Part shown: piece by piece, positions 1 to 11,166 of the stretch
Numbering within the stretch: the stretch's first letter is position 1
How the letters are laid out: every line of letters begins with the position of its first letter
From: an uncultured Bacilli bacterium
Lineage (GTDB): Bacteria > Bacillota_I > Bacilli_A > RF39 > UBA660
DNA: 64,000 bases
Direction: 5' to 3'
NCBI GenBank assembly: GCA_905235045.1
Contig: CAJOJO010000009.1
Location: 4,241-68,240 of the forward strand
Translations under genes and position numbers: made by a program
The notes under the pieces: model-generated
Told to the model about the DNA's origin: nothing
Databases searched by the model: none
Seen by the model: only the letters and a program-made list of their open reading frames with translations

Positions 1-110
<110 letters not shown>

Positions 111-115
111 CTAAC

Positions 116-165
116 AAAAAAGGGAGTCAAAGATACTAGTCATAAACTACTACCCTTGACTCCTT
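116..165 (-). terminator. Hairpin plus U-tract just upstream of the recombinase RBS
   Basis: Inverted repeat GGAGTCAA (123-130)/TTGACTCC (156-163) followed by a T run on the minus strand. Confidence 0.55.
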
Positions 166-298
166 AATAACTAAAATAATAAATTGTTTTTTGCTTCTGA
201 CCATAGATGTACCTCTCTTTCTAATAAAAGACGGATACTGCTTGTCATTTATTGGTTTAATATTCTAGCACTTTTAAATAATTTGTCAATATGTGTAG

Positions 299-586
299 TT
301 ATTTGATTGTTCTTAAGAAATTTTCCAAGTCTTTCAATTCAATTGGATTATTGAGATTAAAATGATAAACCTCTTTACCATAATTGAAGAATAGGAAGAC
401 ATGATTATTTACTATCATACGATGAGGTTCTACATAATTAAGATTAGTTCTTTGAATGTTTATTAAGTTTCCATGTATGTATTTAGGTTTAACATTTACA
501 TACTTACAAATAAAATCTAATCTATTTTTGATTCCTTCATCATAATCAAGCTTATGTTTTTTAATTTGTAACATATAAAAAATCAA
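299..586 (-). CDS. Hypothetical protein
   Basis: 95-aa ORF between tRNA-Trp and recombinase; no recognisable motif. Confidence 0.6.
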   Translation of the reverse strand: MIFYMLQIKKHKLDYDEGIKNRLDFICKYVNVKPKYIHGNLINIQRTNLNYVEPHRMIVNNHVFLFFNYGKEVYHFNLNNPIELKDLENFLRTIK

Positions 587-659
587 CTACCTTTCTGGCG
601 GTTGATTTTTCTATGTATTTAAAGCTCTAAACTCTAAAAGTTAGAGCATCAAGTACTAA

Positions 660-733
660 TGGCAGGGGTAGCAGGAGTTGAACCCACATCAGCGGTTTTG
701 GAGACCGTTATTCTACCATTGAACTATACCCCT
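660..733 (-). tRNA. tRNA-Trp (CCA)
   Basis: Reverse complement AGGGGTATAGTTCAATGGTAGAATAACGGTCTCCAAAACCGCTGATGTGGGTTCAACTCCTGCTACCCCTGCCA; cloverleaf, CCA anticodon, encoded 3' CCA. Confidence 0.95.
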
Positions 734-803
734 GTAAAAATACAAATATATTATAACAAACTTTTTCTTTAATAGCAATTATTATTTGCATAATAAATAA
801 AAG

Positions 804-832
804 TTGACATAAGATAATATTAGTGGTAAAAT
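804..832 (+). promoter_or_regulatory. Sigma-A promoter
   Basis: TTGACA-17 nt-TAAAAT with extended TGn. Confidence 0.7.
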
Positions 833-871
833 CAATATGTTTTCGTCATAAAAATAACAGAGGTGAATATT

Positions 872-1474
872 GTGAAAACAGATCAGCAGACCAAAATCAA
901 ATATCTTGTGATTGGTCTAATGAGTATTATAGGACTTCTTGTTTGTACAAAAGCATTAAGTAACAATAAGGAACTAAAAAGTGAAATTGATACTGCATCT
1001 AATGAAACTGCAAACGTAGTAACTGCAGAAGAGACAAAGAACGAAAACACTCCAGAAATAGTATATGATGGTTTAACATTAGATGAATTAGCTGATAAAC
1101 TTAACCGATCACTTAATTCTGATTTATCAGGTTATGGTTATCAATTTGCTAGTAAATCAATTGAACTTGGTTTAGATCCATATTTAGCTGTTGCAATTGC
1201 TTTACACGAAACAGGTTGTTCATGGGAATGTAGTGGTCTTGTTAAAGCTTGCTATAATGTAGGTGGTCAAAAAGGTGCACCAGGATGTGGTAATAGTTCT
1301 TACCAAGCATTTGGTAGTATGGAAGAAGGTATAAATGCTTACCTTGAAAACCTATATTATAATTATGTAGCACAAGGTTTAACAACGCCAGAACAAATTA
1401 ATACCCGCTATGCTTCTAGTCAAGCATGGGCTGGAAAGATATATTATTATATCGATAAAATAAGAGCTACTTAA
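872..1474 (+). CDS. Membrane-anchored glucosaminidase/lysozyme-like peptidoglycan hydrolase
   Basis: N-terminal TM; AIALHETG, NVGG, F-x-S-x-EEGI and YASS-x-x-W motifs; GTG at 872 follows GAGGTG RBS (ORF track starts at 863). Confidence 0.75.
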   Translation: MKTDQQTKIKYLVIGLMSIIGLLVCTKALSNNKELKSEIDTASNETANVVTAEETKNENTPEIVYDGLTLDELADKLNRSLNSDLSGYGYQFASKSIELGLDPYLAVAIALHETGCSWECSGLVKACYNVGGQKGAPGCGNSSYQAFGSMEEGINAYLENLYYNYVAQGLTTPEQINTRYASSQAWAGKIYYYIDKIRAT

Positions 1475-1570
1475 GCTCTTTTTTATTATCTTAACATATA
1501 AACTTAAAATTTTTATTACAATATAGTATATAAATATGCTATAATAATATTAGAATTAGGAGGTGCTTGT

Positions 1571-1951
1571 ATGAATCAAGAACAAAATTTAAAAAGTTTT
1601 ATTGAAAAGGCAAAATACATATTTTCTTATGAAAATAGTAGTAGTACTAATATTGAATTATTTATTATTACTAATGAAATAATATACTTAAAAAATAATA
1701 ATGAGGAAAGCTTAAAAGAAAGTTCTGAACTAGCCAAGAAAGTTTGGGAATATATTAACTTACATATGGGAACAATTGAGAATATATCAATAAAAGATGG
1801 AAGTTTACCACATATAAAGGATAGTACCCACCATGAAATAAGAATCACTGTTAATCAAAAACAATATCTTATTACTAGAAAAACAAATGATGAAATAGTT
1901 AATAGTTTTTTTGATAAGTTTATAGACGAAATTAAAAAAATAATAAATTAA
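1571..1951 (+). CDS. Hypothetical accessory protein
   Basis: 126-aa ORF, strong RBS AGGAGGTG, flanked by terminators. Confidence 0.75.
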   Translation: MNQEQNLKSFIEKAKYIFSYENSSSTNIELFIITNEIIYLKNNNEESLKESSELAKKVWEYINLHMGTIENISIKDGSLPHIKDSTHHEIRITVNQKQYLITRKTNDEIVNSFFDKFIDEIKKIIN

Positions 1952-2030
1952 CGGGGCTTCATAAGCTCTTTTTTATTTTTTTCTAAACACCTTTTAAATA
2001 CTATTTCATACACTAATATAGGTGATTATA

Positions 2031-3212
2031 ATGAATTATAAGATAATTATTGATCCAGGTCATGGTGGTAGTGATGCTGGAGCAAGTGGCAATGGAATAA
2101 TTGAAAAGGATTTAACTTTAGCAATATCAAAATATATGTATGATGCCTTTAAAAAAATGAATATTCCCGTTTCTATAACAAGAGATAGCGATATTACTTT
2201 AAACCCTACAGAACGAGTTAACAAAATACTAAATACTTATGGTAATAATCCTAACGTTATTGTTATATCTAATCACATAAATGCCGGAGGTGGCGATGGT
2301 GCAGAAGTAATCTATGCTCTACGTAACACTGATAAATTAGCCAATTTAATCTTAAATAGTTTAGAAGCAGCTGGTCAAAATGTAAGAAAAGCATATCAAA
2401 AAAGGCTACCATCTAACACTGATAAAGATTACTACTTTATTCATCGTGAAACCGGAAAAACAGAACCAATTATTGTGGAATATGGATTTTTAGATAGTAA
2501 AGCTGATGACGTTAATCAACTTAAAAACAATTATCAAAAATATGCTCAAGCTGTTGCTGATGCTGTAGCAGAATATATTGGAATTCAAGTAAATGATATG
2601 TACTATACCGTTCAAAAAGGTGATTCTTTATATAGCATCGCCAAAAAATTTAATACTACTGTAGATGCTTTAAAAGATGCCAACAACTTAACAAATAATA
2701 ATTTAGCAATTGGGCAAATCCTAATTATACCATCTAAAGAAGTAGAAAATAATGGTAACTATATTGTTGTAGCAGGAGATACATTATATAAAATCGCTAA
2801 TAAATTTAACACTACAGTTGATGCTATAAAAGCATTAAATAACTTATCAAATAATACTTTATCAATTGGTCAATCACTTAAAATACCAACACAAGAAAAT
2901 GCTAATGACAACTACCAAACTTATACTGTAGTAAAAGGTGATAACTTATATAGTATTGCTAAAAAATTTAACACAACTCAAGACGCAATTATGAAATTAA
3001 ATAATTTATCTAGTAATTTACTTTCAATTGGTCAAACACTTAAAATACCAACAAACGATAATAGTTCTACTAACTACCAAACTTATATAGTTCAAAAAGG
3101 TGACTCTTTATGGAGTATTGCTAAAAAATTTAGTACTACAGTTGATAATATTAAAAAACTAAATAATCTATCTAGCAACCTATTATCAATTGGTCAAACA
3201 TTAAAAATATAA
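2031..3212 (+). CDS. N-acetylmuramoyl-L-alanine amidase (Amidase_3) with four LysM domains
   Basis: IIDPGHGG, EKDLTL, SNHINA and VEYGF motifs; four Y-x-V-x-x-GD-x-L-x-x-IA repeats. Confidence 0.93.
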   Translation: MNYKIIIDPGHGGSDAGASGNGIIEKDLTLAISKYMYDAFKKMNIPVSITRDSDITLNPTERVNKILNTYGNNPNVIVISNHINAGGGDGAEVIYALRNTDKLANLILNSLEAAGQNVRKAYQKRLPSNTDKDYYFIHRETGKTEPIIVEYGFLDSKADDVNQLKNNYQKYAQAVADAVAEYIGIQVNDMYYTVQKGDSLYSIAKKFNTTVDALKDANNLTNNNLAIGQILIIPSKEVENNGNYIVVAGDTLYKIANKFNTTVDAIKALNNLSNNTLSIGQSLKIPTQENANDNYQTYTVVKGDNLYSIAKKFNTTQDAIMKLNNLSSNLLSIGQTLKIPTNDNSSTNYQTYIVQKGDSLWSIAKKFSTTVDNIKKLNNLSSNLLSIGQTLKI

Positions 3213-3232
3213 GAGAACAAATTGTTCTCTTT

Positions 3233-3661
3233 TTAATATAATTCAGGACAAACACCACTATCTGGTTTGTAAAAACAATGATTTTTATACCTTCCCGCTA
3301 ACGCTTGATCCCACCATTCGTTAGAACAACTAACCCCTGTTTTAGGAGCATAAAACCATAAAGCATCAGTTGCTGGGTAATAATATTCTCCCTCTAAAAC
3401 ACGATCAGCTAAATTTCTTTCAGTTGTAGTTGGATTACTAAAAAACAAAGCACTATCTTTACCTGAGAAACCACCAGGTGACTGATAAATCATATCTGTA
3501 ATACTTCTAATATTTTTAAAAGTTAAACAATTAGCAAGTACCCTATTAACTCCGACATTACCAACCATCAACATTCCTAAATTACCTTCACCTAATGCTT
3601 CAGCCCTCATTAATCTAGCCAGTAAATCACGTTCACTAGACGTATATTTAATTAATCCCAT
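3233..3661 (-). CDS. Cell wall hydrolase, CwlJ/SleB family (Hydrolase_2)
   Basis: LLARLMRAEA-x-GEG-x-x-GMLMVGNV-x-VNRV...HCFY, very similar to Bacillus CwlJ-type cortex hydrolases. Confidence 0.85.
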   Translation of the reverse strand: MGLIKYTSSERDLLARLMRAEALGEGNLGMLMVGNVGVNRVLANCLTFKNIRSITDMIYQSPGGFSGKDSALFFSNPTTTERNLADRVLEGEYYYPATDALWFYAPKTGVSCSNEWWDQALAGRYKNHCFYKPDSGVCPELY

Positions 3662-3707
3662 AATATCACCATTATATTATATGAAAAAGAATGCATAATG
3701 CATTCTT

Positions 3708-6700
3708 TTATAACTCAACTAATTTATTATCAATAATTGAATATAAATATGTTTTAGTCTTTTTATTAGTTATTGACTCAATATATTTTTTATAACCATC
3801 TAGTTGCTTAAGATAAGCATCATCTTGAATATTTTTTAATTTATAATCAACTATTTTATACTCATTATCATATTCTAATAGTAAATCTATAAAGCCATGA
3901 TTACCATTTTGATCAATAAACTCATATTCTTTATAAATATTTTTAACTTCCCTAAATATATCATTATTTAATAATCTTTGAACTTTTTCTTTTTCATGAT
4001 TATTTAATAAACTATAATCAGGATTATTAAAATCAATATTTTCAAAAACACTGTGAATATGCTTACCATATTCAATATTATCATATTCTTCTTTAGAATA
4101 TAATTTATGAGCATCTTTTGAAAATCTTTCAACATTAATAACACTAGAAACTATATTTATTGGTTTTACATCTATTACTTCCTCATTTGCTTTTATTTTC
4201 GACGCATAATTACTTTTTTTAATCTTATCATAATCATGAGTATAAATACTATTATCAGCCGGCTTTATATAATGACTCAATTTGTCATACACTGAATAAA
4301 GCATATCGCTAAATGATCTATAACTAGCTCTAACATTATCATTAAGTGGTATACTCTTTGCCTCTTTTGAAGGCAAAACCATAACAACCTTTTCTTTAGC
4401 TCTAGTTAAAGCAACATAAAATAAACGAGTCTTTTCTGATACTTCCTCCTTAATATATTTTTCTTTTAGTAATATCTTATAAAAAGTATCTTTAAAACCA
4501 TTATTAACACTTGGTAAAACAATACCGTATTTATTATCAAAAACAATACGATTTTTTATATCATCCAAAGTAAACTGCTTTGTTAAACCACCATAATAAC
4601 AAATAGGATACTCTAAACCTTTTGATTTATGAATAGTCATTATTTTAACACTATTACTTTCACCTTTTAAATTATTAAAGCGAATTTCAATATCATCACT
4701 ATCAATTACTTCCTTTAAATAATTATAGTAATCCGTTAAATCATATCCAATATCTGTTAAATTACGCGATAAATCAAGTAAATATTCTAACACTGCTAAA
4801 CGATTTTCAATATTACCAACCGTTATTATTTTTTCATAAAAATTAAATTTATCAATAATATAGCTTGTTATTTCGTATGGTGTATATAGAAAAGTATCAA
4901 CTAAATAATTATCTAAATAAGAATAATCATTATTCATTAAAGAAGCAAAAATATAATTATCATCCATATTAAATAGATAACTTCTTAATATTGATGTAAA
5001 AGCATATCTTTTTTCTAATTCATCATCAGTAGTTAAAAAACCAATAATATTTTTAAGCAAACTAATTTCAATACTATTAGTTATTTTTTGATCTTCATAA
5101 AGAGTAACCGGTATTTGCATATATTCAAATATTTTTTTATACAAATCAAAATCAGTAGAACGATCAAGCAAAATAGAAATATCACTATAATTTATTGGTC
5201 GCATTTGCTTTATTTCTTTATCATAAATCATTTCGTCTTTAATTTTATTTTTTATGTCATTAGCAATTAAAAATATTTCTTGTTCATTACTATCATACTC
5301 ATCATTTTCTTCATACATAATAATTTCCATATTAGAATCTTTTTTACTTATAAATTTCTTAAAAATATTACTACCAAACAATAATTGATGACTTTTAGTA
5401 TAATTAGCCCCACCTATTCTATCAGTCATAATATCATTAAAAATCATATTTATATTATTTAATACTTCTTCACGAGAACGGAAATTTTTATTTAGATCAA
5501 TTTTCATAGTATATTTATCATTACCATAAGTATCATATTTTTTCTTAAATAAATCCGGATTCGCATTTCGAAAACGATATATTGATTGTTTTATATCGCC
5601 AACCATATAAACATTATTATTTTCTATTTCTTTAATAAATTCTTCTTGTAAATCACTTGTATCTTGATATTCATCAATAAGAATCTCATTATATTTAAGT
5701 TCTTCTTTAATCTCTGGGTGTTCTCTTACTAACTTAATTGCCATTTTAGCAACATCGGAAAATTCGTAAAAATTATGTTCTTTTTTATATTCATCTAATT
5801 TATTTTCAAAAATAGTTAATATTTTGATAATTGCCATCGCATTATCTTTTGTTGTAAAAATTTCTTCTTTTAATATATCAATATTTTGATTATTACCTAA
5901 GGCAATTATATTATCGATTTGTTTTTTTATACTTTTACGCATTTCTTTAATAATAGGATCACTATTTCTTGGTGAAGATGGCAGCTTAATTTCTTCATTA
6001 GAATATTCTCTATCTAATATTGGTTTTATCGCGATACTCATTTTTTCATAAAATTCACTACTAGCGTATTTTTTTAATTCTTTTAAATAATCTTCTAGGT
6101 TATCTATTTTTTCGTTTATTAAATTCAAATATTCTAAAATATTTTGATTTACTTTTTCATAACTATAAAATTCGTTAATATAACTATTTAAATAAGCATT
6201 TTTGTCATACATTAAATCAAGCTTTTCACTAATTTTTAAAAGCCATTTTTTTATTTCTTTATCATCCTTAGTACTAAAATCAGCAATAAATTTTTTGAAT
6301 AATTCATCACTATATAAATTTTCAAAGACATCATCCATTATTTGTTTTTTTCTAATTTTGATAATACTTTCTTCACAAATATTAATATCTTTATCAACAT
6401 TTAATAAATGACTATATTTTTTTACTAGACTAAGAGCATAAGCATCAAAAGTTGTAATACTTGCCGTATCAATCATATCCAAGGCTTCTTGCATATTATT
6501 TTCAACTAATTTTTCTCTAATACGTTCACGCATTTCTCTAGCAGCAGCATTAGTAAATGTTAAAACTAATAATTCATTTAAAGAAACTTTATCCATAATT
6601 TTACGAATAACTCTTTCTGTTAAAACCGCTGTTTTACCACTACCAGCACCAGCACTAACAATGATACTTTTATTATCTTCATTAATAGCAAGTAACTGTT

Positions 6701-6719
6701 CTTCTGTCCAATCTGGCAT
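3708..6719 (-). CDS. addA: ATP-dependent helicase/nuclease subunit A
   Basis: WTEEQ, SAGAGSGKT, DEYQDT, VGDIKQSIYRFR, TIHKSKGLE, YVALTRA and C-terminal IDLL...DYK nuclease motif. Confidence 0.92.
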   Translation of the reverse strand: MPDWTEEQLLAINEDNKSIIVSAGAGSGKTAVLTERVIRKIMDKVSLNELLVLTFTNAAAREMRERIREKLVENNMQEALDMIDTASITTFDAYALSLVKKYSHLLNVDKDINICEESIIKIRKKQIMDDVFENLYSDELFKKFIADFSTKDDKEIKKWLLKISEKLDLMYDKNAYLNSYINEFYSYEKVNQNILEYLNLINEKIDNLEDYLKELKKYASSEFYEKMSIAIKPILDREYSNEEIKLPSSPRNSDPIIKEMRKSIKKQIDNIIALGNNQNIDILKEEIFTTKDNAMAIIKILTIFENKLDEYKKEHNFYEFSDVAKMAIKLVREHPEIKEELKYNEILIDEYQDTSDLQEEFIKEIENNNVYMVGDIKQSIYRFRNANPDLFKKKYDTYGNDKYTMKIDLNKNFRSREEVLNNINMIFNDIMTDRIGGANYTKSHQLLFGSNIFKKFISKKDSNMEIIMYEENDEYDSNEQEIFLIANDIKNKIKDEMIYDKEIKQMRPINYSDISILLDRSTDFDLYKKIFEYMQIPVTLYEDQKITNSIEISLLKNIIGFLTTDDELEKRYAFTSILRSYLFNMDDNYIFASLMNNDYSYLDNYLVDTFLYTPYEITSYIIDKFNFYEKIITVGNIENRLAVLEYLLDLSRNLTDIGYDLTDYYNYLKEVIDSDDIEIRFNNLKGESNSVKIMTIHKSKGLEYPICYYGGLTKQFTLDDIKNRIVFDNKYGIVLPSVNNGFKDTFYKILLKEKYIKEEVSEKTRLFYVALTRAKEKVVMVLPSKEAKSIPLNDNVRASYRSFSDMLYSVYDKLSHYIKPADNSIYTHDYDKIKKSNYASKIKANEEVIDVKPINIVSSVINVERFSKDAHKLYSKEEYDNIEYGKHIHSVFENIDFNNPDYSLLNNHEKEKVQRLLNNDIFREVKNIYKEYEFIDQNGNHGFIDLLLEYDNEYKIVDYKLKNIQDDAYLKQLDGYKKYIESITNKKTKTYLYSIIDNKLVEL

Positions 6720-6729
6720 AAAATCACCT

Positions 6730-8931
6730 CTAATCTAGTCTTTTAATATCTTCTCCCTTACGAAAGCATAAATCTTGATATTTACAATACTCACAACCTA
6801 CTAATTTTCCATCAACATATTTTGGCTCTACTTTAAAGTTAGTATCCAAAATATTATCAATTGCTTCATTTATTTTATTTTCAGTCATATCAATTAAAGC
6901 ATTAATTTCATCATTATTTAGCACCTTTGCGTAACGATAATAACTACCATCATTATTTAAATGCATACTTTTTATCATTTTACTTTCCATGTAGTTTTTA
7001 TCAAATAATTTTAAAATGTCTTCATTAGCATTAGAATAACCTTCTAAATAGTATTTTTTTTCTAATGCTTCTTCATAATTATCTACTTCTTTATCTTTAT
7101 TTGGAAGAATATGCTGTAAATAAAAACCAGCAAATTCAACATCTTGTAAATCAGAATGTTTAACTAAATATAAATAAATTGGTAATTGCATTCCTAATCC
7201 ATCTTTAACGTGGTTTATATCGATATTAGTATTACCTGTTTTATAATCAATTATTGCTACATAAGTTTTATTATTAATTTTACGATATTTTATTTTATCA
7301 ACTACACCTTTAAACGTTATTTTAATTTCTCTACTTTTATTAATTTCAATCTTTTTTTCATATAATTCATCATCAAAAGTAGAATATGTATCAAATTGTT
7401 TTACAACTTCAATCGCATATAATAAATTTTCTTTTAGTTGATCTAAAAAGAACTTTTCTTTAATACTTAATTCACGTTTTTGAATAAATTTAGAAAACTC
7501 ATTTTCAAAATTAAAATTATCTTTTTTACAAATTGATAAAATATAATGAAATACCGTTCCAATGTAAGCCGTAAATGTATCTTCATATTTATCTAATTTT
7601 AAAATATCTGTTATGTAAAAACTAAAAGGACACTTATAATAACGATCTATATTTGTATATGATAATTTTAATTCTTTTACTTTTTTCTTAAATAATTCTT
7701 TATCAATTCCCGTATATTGATTATTATAATTTAAATAATCAATATTTTTATAATTATTAAATAATAGACTTAAGTCATTAGATTCTTCATTATATTTAAT
7801 AAAATTGTCTAATTTTTCACTTAATAATAATTTATTATAAATGTCTGAATTATAATTTGTTTTATTTACTTTTTCTATCGCAATATTATATTCGTTAATT
7901 AAACTAGATGGGAATTTATCATCAACATTATAGGTTATTGTAACATTTTCATAAGATAAATTATTGATTATTCTTTTTTTCAAATCTTTATTTTTTTCGT
8001 TTGATGTTAAAATACCTAATGATTCTTTTTTCGCATCACTTAAAAAATCAATATCAGTATATAATTTTGGAATACTGCCTTCATTAAATCCTAATACAAA
8101 ATAATACCCCTCTTCATTTATATCTTCAATATCTTTAATATTAACTGCATTATCTAATTTTTGAATTGGTATATATGTATGTCTTAATTCATAATCAATA
8201 CATTTTATAAATGTATCATCAATATCTAATGTAATATACTTATTTACAATCTTGACAATTAATTCACTAATTTCATCATCACCAAGAATAATTTCTTTTT
8301 TTTCTTTTAAATTTTTTAAGAATTCTTTAACTATTTTTGTACCATAAATACTCTTTTGATTATTTAAATTAATTGGTAATTTATAAAAATTGCATTGTCT
8401 TTTCAATATCTCTACATATTCACTACCTACATTTACTAAAAATATATTATTAATATCAACTGTTTTTAAAAGATCATATATTTTATCAATAACAAAATTA
8501 ACCTCAGCTAGTTTATTTTGACATTCATAAGCCTTCTTTACACTACTTTTTAACGCTGAATCAATAAAAAGATAATCATATTTTTTTATTTCATCCATTA
8601 AATATTTATCAATTAAAGTATATCCAACGATAACAATTCGCTTAATTAAAATATTTTCTTTAATAATTAAATTATTTTCCTCTAATTCTTGTTTTAACTG
8701 TGGCAAAAAATAGTAATTGTCTAAATATGTTTTAGCAGTATCATAACTATAACTATTTTTTTTCATTAAATAGTAAATAGCTAAATTATTATATGTCCCA
8801 AAATAAGCTTTTTTAAATTCATCTAAAGTAAAAAACTTAAGATTTAAAATTTCTTTATTTTTTGTTAAATCATTTAGTATTTTTTCTTTAATACCGTTAG
8901 GGCATATAATTGTGTCATAGTTTTTGAACAT
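6730..8931 (-). CDS. addB: AddB/RexB-like PD-(D/E)XK nuclease subunit, shortened
   Basis: Upstream of addA; CPF, GVVDK-I...IIDYKTG, QL-x-x-Y and terminal CEYCKY-x-x-x-C Fe-S cysteines. Confidence 0.82.
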   Translation of the reverse strand: MFKNYDTIICPNGIKEKILNDLTKNKEILNLKFFTLDEFKKAYFGTYNNLAIYYLMKKNSYSYDTAKTYLDNYYFLPQLKQELEENNLIIKENILIKRIVIVGYTLIDKYLMDEIKKYDYLFIDSALKSSVKKAYECQNKLAEVNFVIDKIYDLLKTVDINNIFLVNVGSEYVEILKRQCNFYKLPINLNNQKSIYGTKIVKEFLKNLKEKKEIILGDDEISELIVKIVNKYITLDIDDTFIKCIDYELRHTYIPIQKLDNAVNIKDIEDINEEGYYFVLGFNEGSIPKLYTDIDFLSDAKKESLGILTSNEKNKDLKKRIINNLSYENVTITYNVDDKFPSSLINEYNIAIEKVNKTNYNSDIYNKLLLSEKLDNFIKYNEESNDLSLLFNNYKNIDYLNYNNQYTGIDKELFKKKVKELKLSYTNIDRYYKCPFSFYITDILKLDKYEDTFTAYIGTVFHYILSICKKDNFNFENEFSKFIQKRELSIKEKFFLDQLKENLLYAIEVVKQFDTYSTFDDELYEKKIEINKSREIKITFKGVVDKIKYRKINNKTYVAIIDYKTGNTNIDINHVKDGLGMQLPIYLYLVKHSDLQDVEFAGFYLQHILPNKDKEVDNYEEALEKKYYLEGYSNANEDILKLFDKNYMESKMIKSMHLNNDGSYYRYAKVLNNDEINALIDMTENKINEAIDNILDTNFKVEPKYVDGKLVGCEYCKYQDLCFRKGEDIKRLD

Positions 8932-8939
8932 GTTATCAC

Positions 8940-9194
8940 CTACTTATTTGTATTCATATAATAATTTGTTTCTGCAATTTCCAAAGAAATTTTCTCTAAT
9001 TCATCGCTTTCTTCTTCATTAAGATATTCATCAATGTAATATAAAAGTTCGTTCATTGAAGCACATTTTTTATATTCGATATTATATCGTTCTAAAATCT
9101 CTATTTGATTTTGTGTTAGTAAAAGATTATTTATTTTTTGATGCATATTTTTTTCAAAATTAATTTCATTTATAATTTCATCAAGATTATCCAT
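8940..9194 (-). CDS. Hypothetical protein
   Basis: 84-aa acidic ORF with AGGTG RBS, in line with addB. Confidence 0.75.
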   Translation of the reverse strand: MDNLDEIINEINFEKNMHQKINNLLLTQNQIEILERYNIEYKKCASMNELLYYIDEYLNEEESDELEKISLEIAETNYYMNTNK

Positions 9195-9312
9195 AATATC
9201 ACCTAACTAAATTATATCAAAAAAAAGACTAATTTGTCTTTTTAATTAATGATTTTTTTAATAAATAGATTTTAACTAATTGATTAATCATCCAATAATC
9301 TGTTAATAATTA

Positions 9313-10893
9313 TCATTCGGCCTTTATTTTTTCACCATCATAACTATAATTAATATTATGATATGTTATTGTTCCACCAATAATCGCACCTTCATTATTT
9401 AGTTTTAATTCTATCGCATCAGGTGTATACTCATCATATGATGCATAACTAACATCATCAATTACTTTTGGAAACTCATAATTTTCTATTGTTTCTTGGT
9501 TTTCTAAAATCTTTAATTGAACTTGATTAATAAATTTTTCAACTATTTCTTCATCTTTTGAAGAGTCATTAAACACATTATATAAGAAATTTATTTTAGG
9601 CATATTAAGATTATTACTACGAGCATATATGCCTAATCCTAAAAGTCCAATAATCAAAATGATATTAACAACTCCATAAACAAAGAAAACTTTGTCATCA
9701 ATACGTACTTGATTTCTTTTCTTTATCATATTTCTAATATAACTAAAGAATATTACTAAAATGATTAAAGATAACATAATACCAATAATAAACATTAATA
9801 CTTTAGTATTTTTGATAAATCCTAATACAAATAGTTGAATTATAATACTTGGTAATGCGATAAAGCCAAGTATTTTAAATGTAATATTATTCATTTTTTC
9901 AATTTTTGGTACTTGTTTTTTAAATGTTAAAATTGTTGAAATTATAAGAGTAAATAAAGCAGCTAAACGATATAATACGAATGACACAATATCACTTGTA
10001 ACATTATCAAATATTTTATTTAAATACTTTGTTGTTAAAATTAAAGTTCCAAAAACAACTATCATACTTATTAAGTAAATAATTGCAAATTTTAAAATAT
10101 ATTTTGGTTCCTTACTTACTTCTTCTTTTTCTTCTATCGGATCTTTACTCCAGTCATCAGTTATACTTTCGGTTTTGATTGATTCTGATTCTTCCCCTAA
10201 TTCACTAATTGGTTCAATAACTTCTTCTATATCATTATTTAAATCTTGTTGAATTTCATCATTATCTTCTATTGGTTCAACAGTAGTAATCTCAGTTTCA
10301 GTAATTGGTTCTGTTACTTCAACTGGTGAGTTTTCTATAGAACTGTCTTCAGGAATTGATTCATCAATTGCCGAAACTTCTTCTGTTATTGGCTCCATAT
10401 TTTCTTCAACTATTGGTTCAGATTGAACAACTTCTTCAACCATTGGTTCAACAACTTCTTCTCTTACTGGTTCTATATTTTCATTAGTAACTGGTTCAGG
10501 TTGAACTGTAGAAACTTCATTAATGGTTTCTTCTACTGGAGTTTCACTAACTTCTTTAGTAACCGGAGTTTCTACTACTTGTTGATTATTAAAATCTAAC
10601 ACTTCAGTCTTACCCAATTCTTCCTCTACTTCTTCTTTTTTTGCTTCACCATTAACACCTGTTAATTCCCAATCATCAACTACAGGAGTAGGATTAGGCA
10701 CTACGTTTTCAACTACTTCACCATTATTCCAAGGAACTTCCTTTACTTCTTCCTGCTCGATAACGCTAACAACGGTATCATCTGTTGGCGCAATATTTTG
10801 TTTTCTTTCTCCATCTAATTTTTGAAAACAACCTTTACAAAAATTAGTACTACCATCATTTATTGTCCCACATATATCACACTTTATTTCCAT
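9313..10893 (-). CDS. Zinc-ribbon, acidic low-complexity, multi-TM membrane protein
   Basis: CDICG...FCKGC at N-terminus, E/P/V/T-rich linker, about five hydrophobic helices. Confidence 0.75.
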   Translation of the reverse strand: MEIKCDICGTINDGSTNFCKGCFQKLDGERKQNIAPTDDTVVSVIEQEEVKEVPWNNGEVVENVVPNPTPVVDDWELTGVNGEAKKEEVEEELGKTEVLDFNNQQVVETPVTKEVSETPVEETINEVSTVQPEPVTNENIEPVREEVVEPMVEEVVQSEPIVEENMEPITEEVSAIDESIPEDSSIENSPVEVTEPITETEITTVEPIEDNDEIQQDLNNDIEEVIEPISELGEESESIKTESITDDWSKDPIEEKEEVSKEPKYILKFAIIYLISMIVVFGTLILTTKYLNKIFDNVTSDIVSFVLYRLAALFTLIISTILTFKKQVPKIEKMNNITFKILGFIALPSIIIQLFVLGFIKNTKVLMFIIGIMLSLIILVIFFSYIRNMIKKRNQVRIDDKVFFVYGVVNIILIIGLLGLGIYARSNNLNMPKINFLYNVFNDSSKDEEIVEKFINQVQLKILENQETIENYEFPKVIDDVSYASYDEYTPDAIELKLNNEGAIIGGTITYHNINYSYDGEKIKAE

Positions 10894-10935
10894 ATAAACA
10901 CCTCTTTTAATTCACCGAAAAAAGAACAAATAGTC

Positions 10936-11157
10936 CTAATTTTCAAATAATGGAATTATATTAGCTAATTCACTATCATCGATAGGTTCTAATATTAATT
11001 CATTATCATTTATTTGTTCTTTTCTAAATAATACTTCAATTGGCTTACTAGAAGTTACTAAATAAACATAAGTTTCATTATTATATTCTATTTTTTTTAA
11101 AACCATATATTCTTTATTATCCTCTAGTTCAATTATTTGCCCCTCTTCTATTCTCAT
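10936..11157 (-). CDS. Small acidic protein (DUF1292-like)
   Basis: IELEDNKEY-x-V...Y-x-YL pattern. Confidence 0.5.
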   Translation of the reverse strand: MRIEEGQIIELEDNKEYMVLKKIEYNNETYVYLVTSSKPIEVLFRKEQINDNELILEPIDDSELANIIPLFEN

Positions 11158-11166
11158 ATTTGCCTC

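Noticed and set aside
2590..3212. Repeated DNA in the amidase gene
   Set aside because: Explained by four LysM domains
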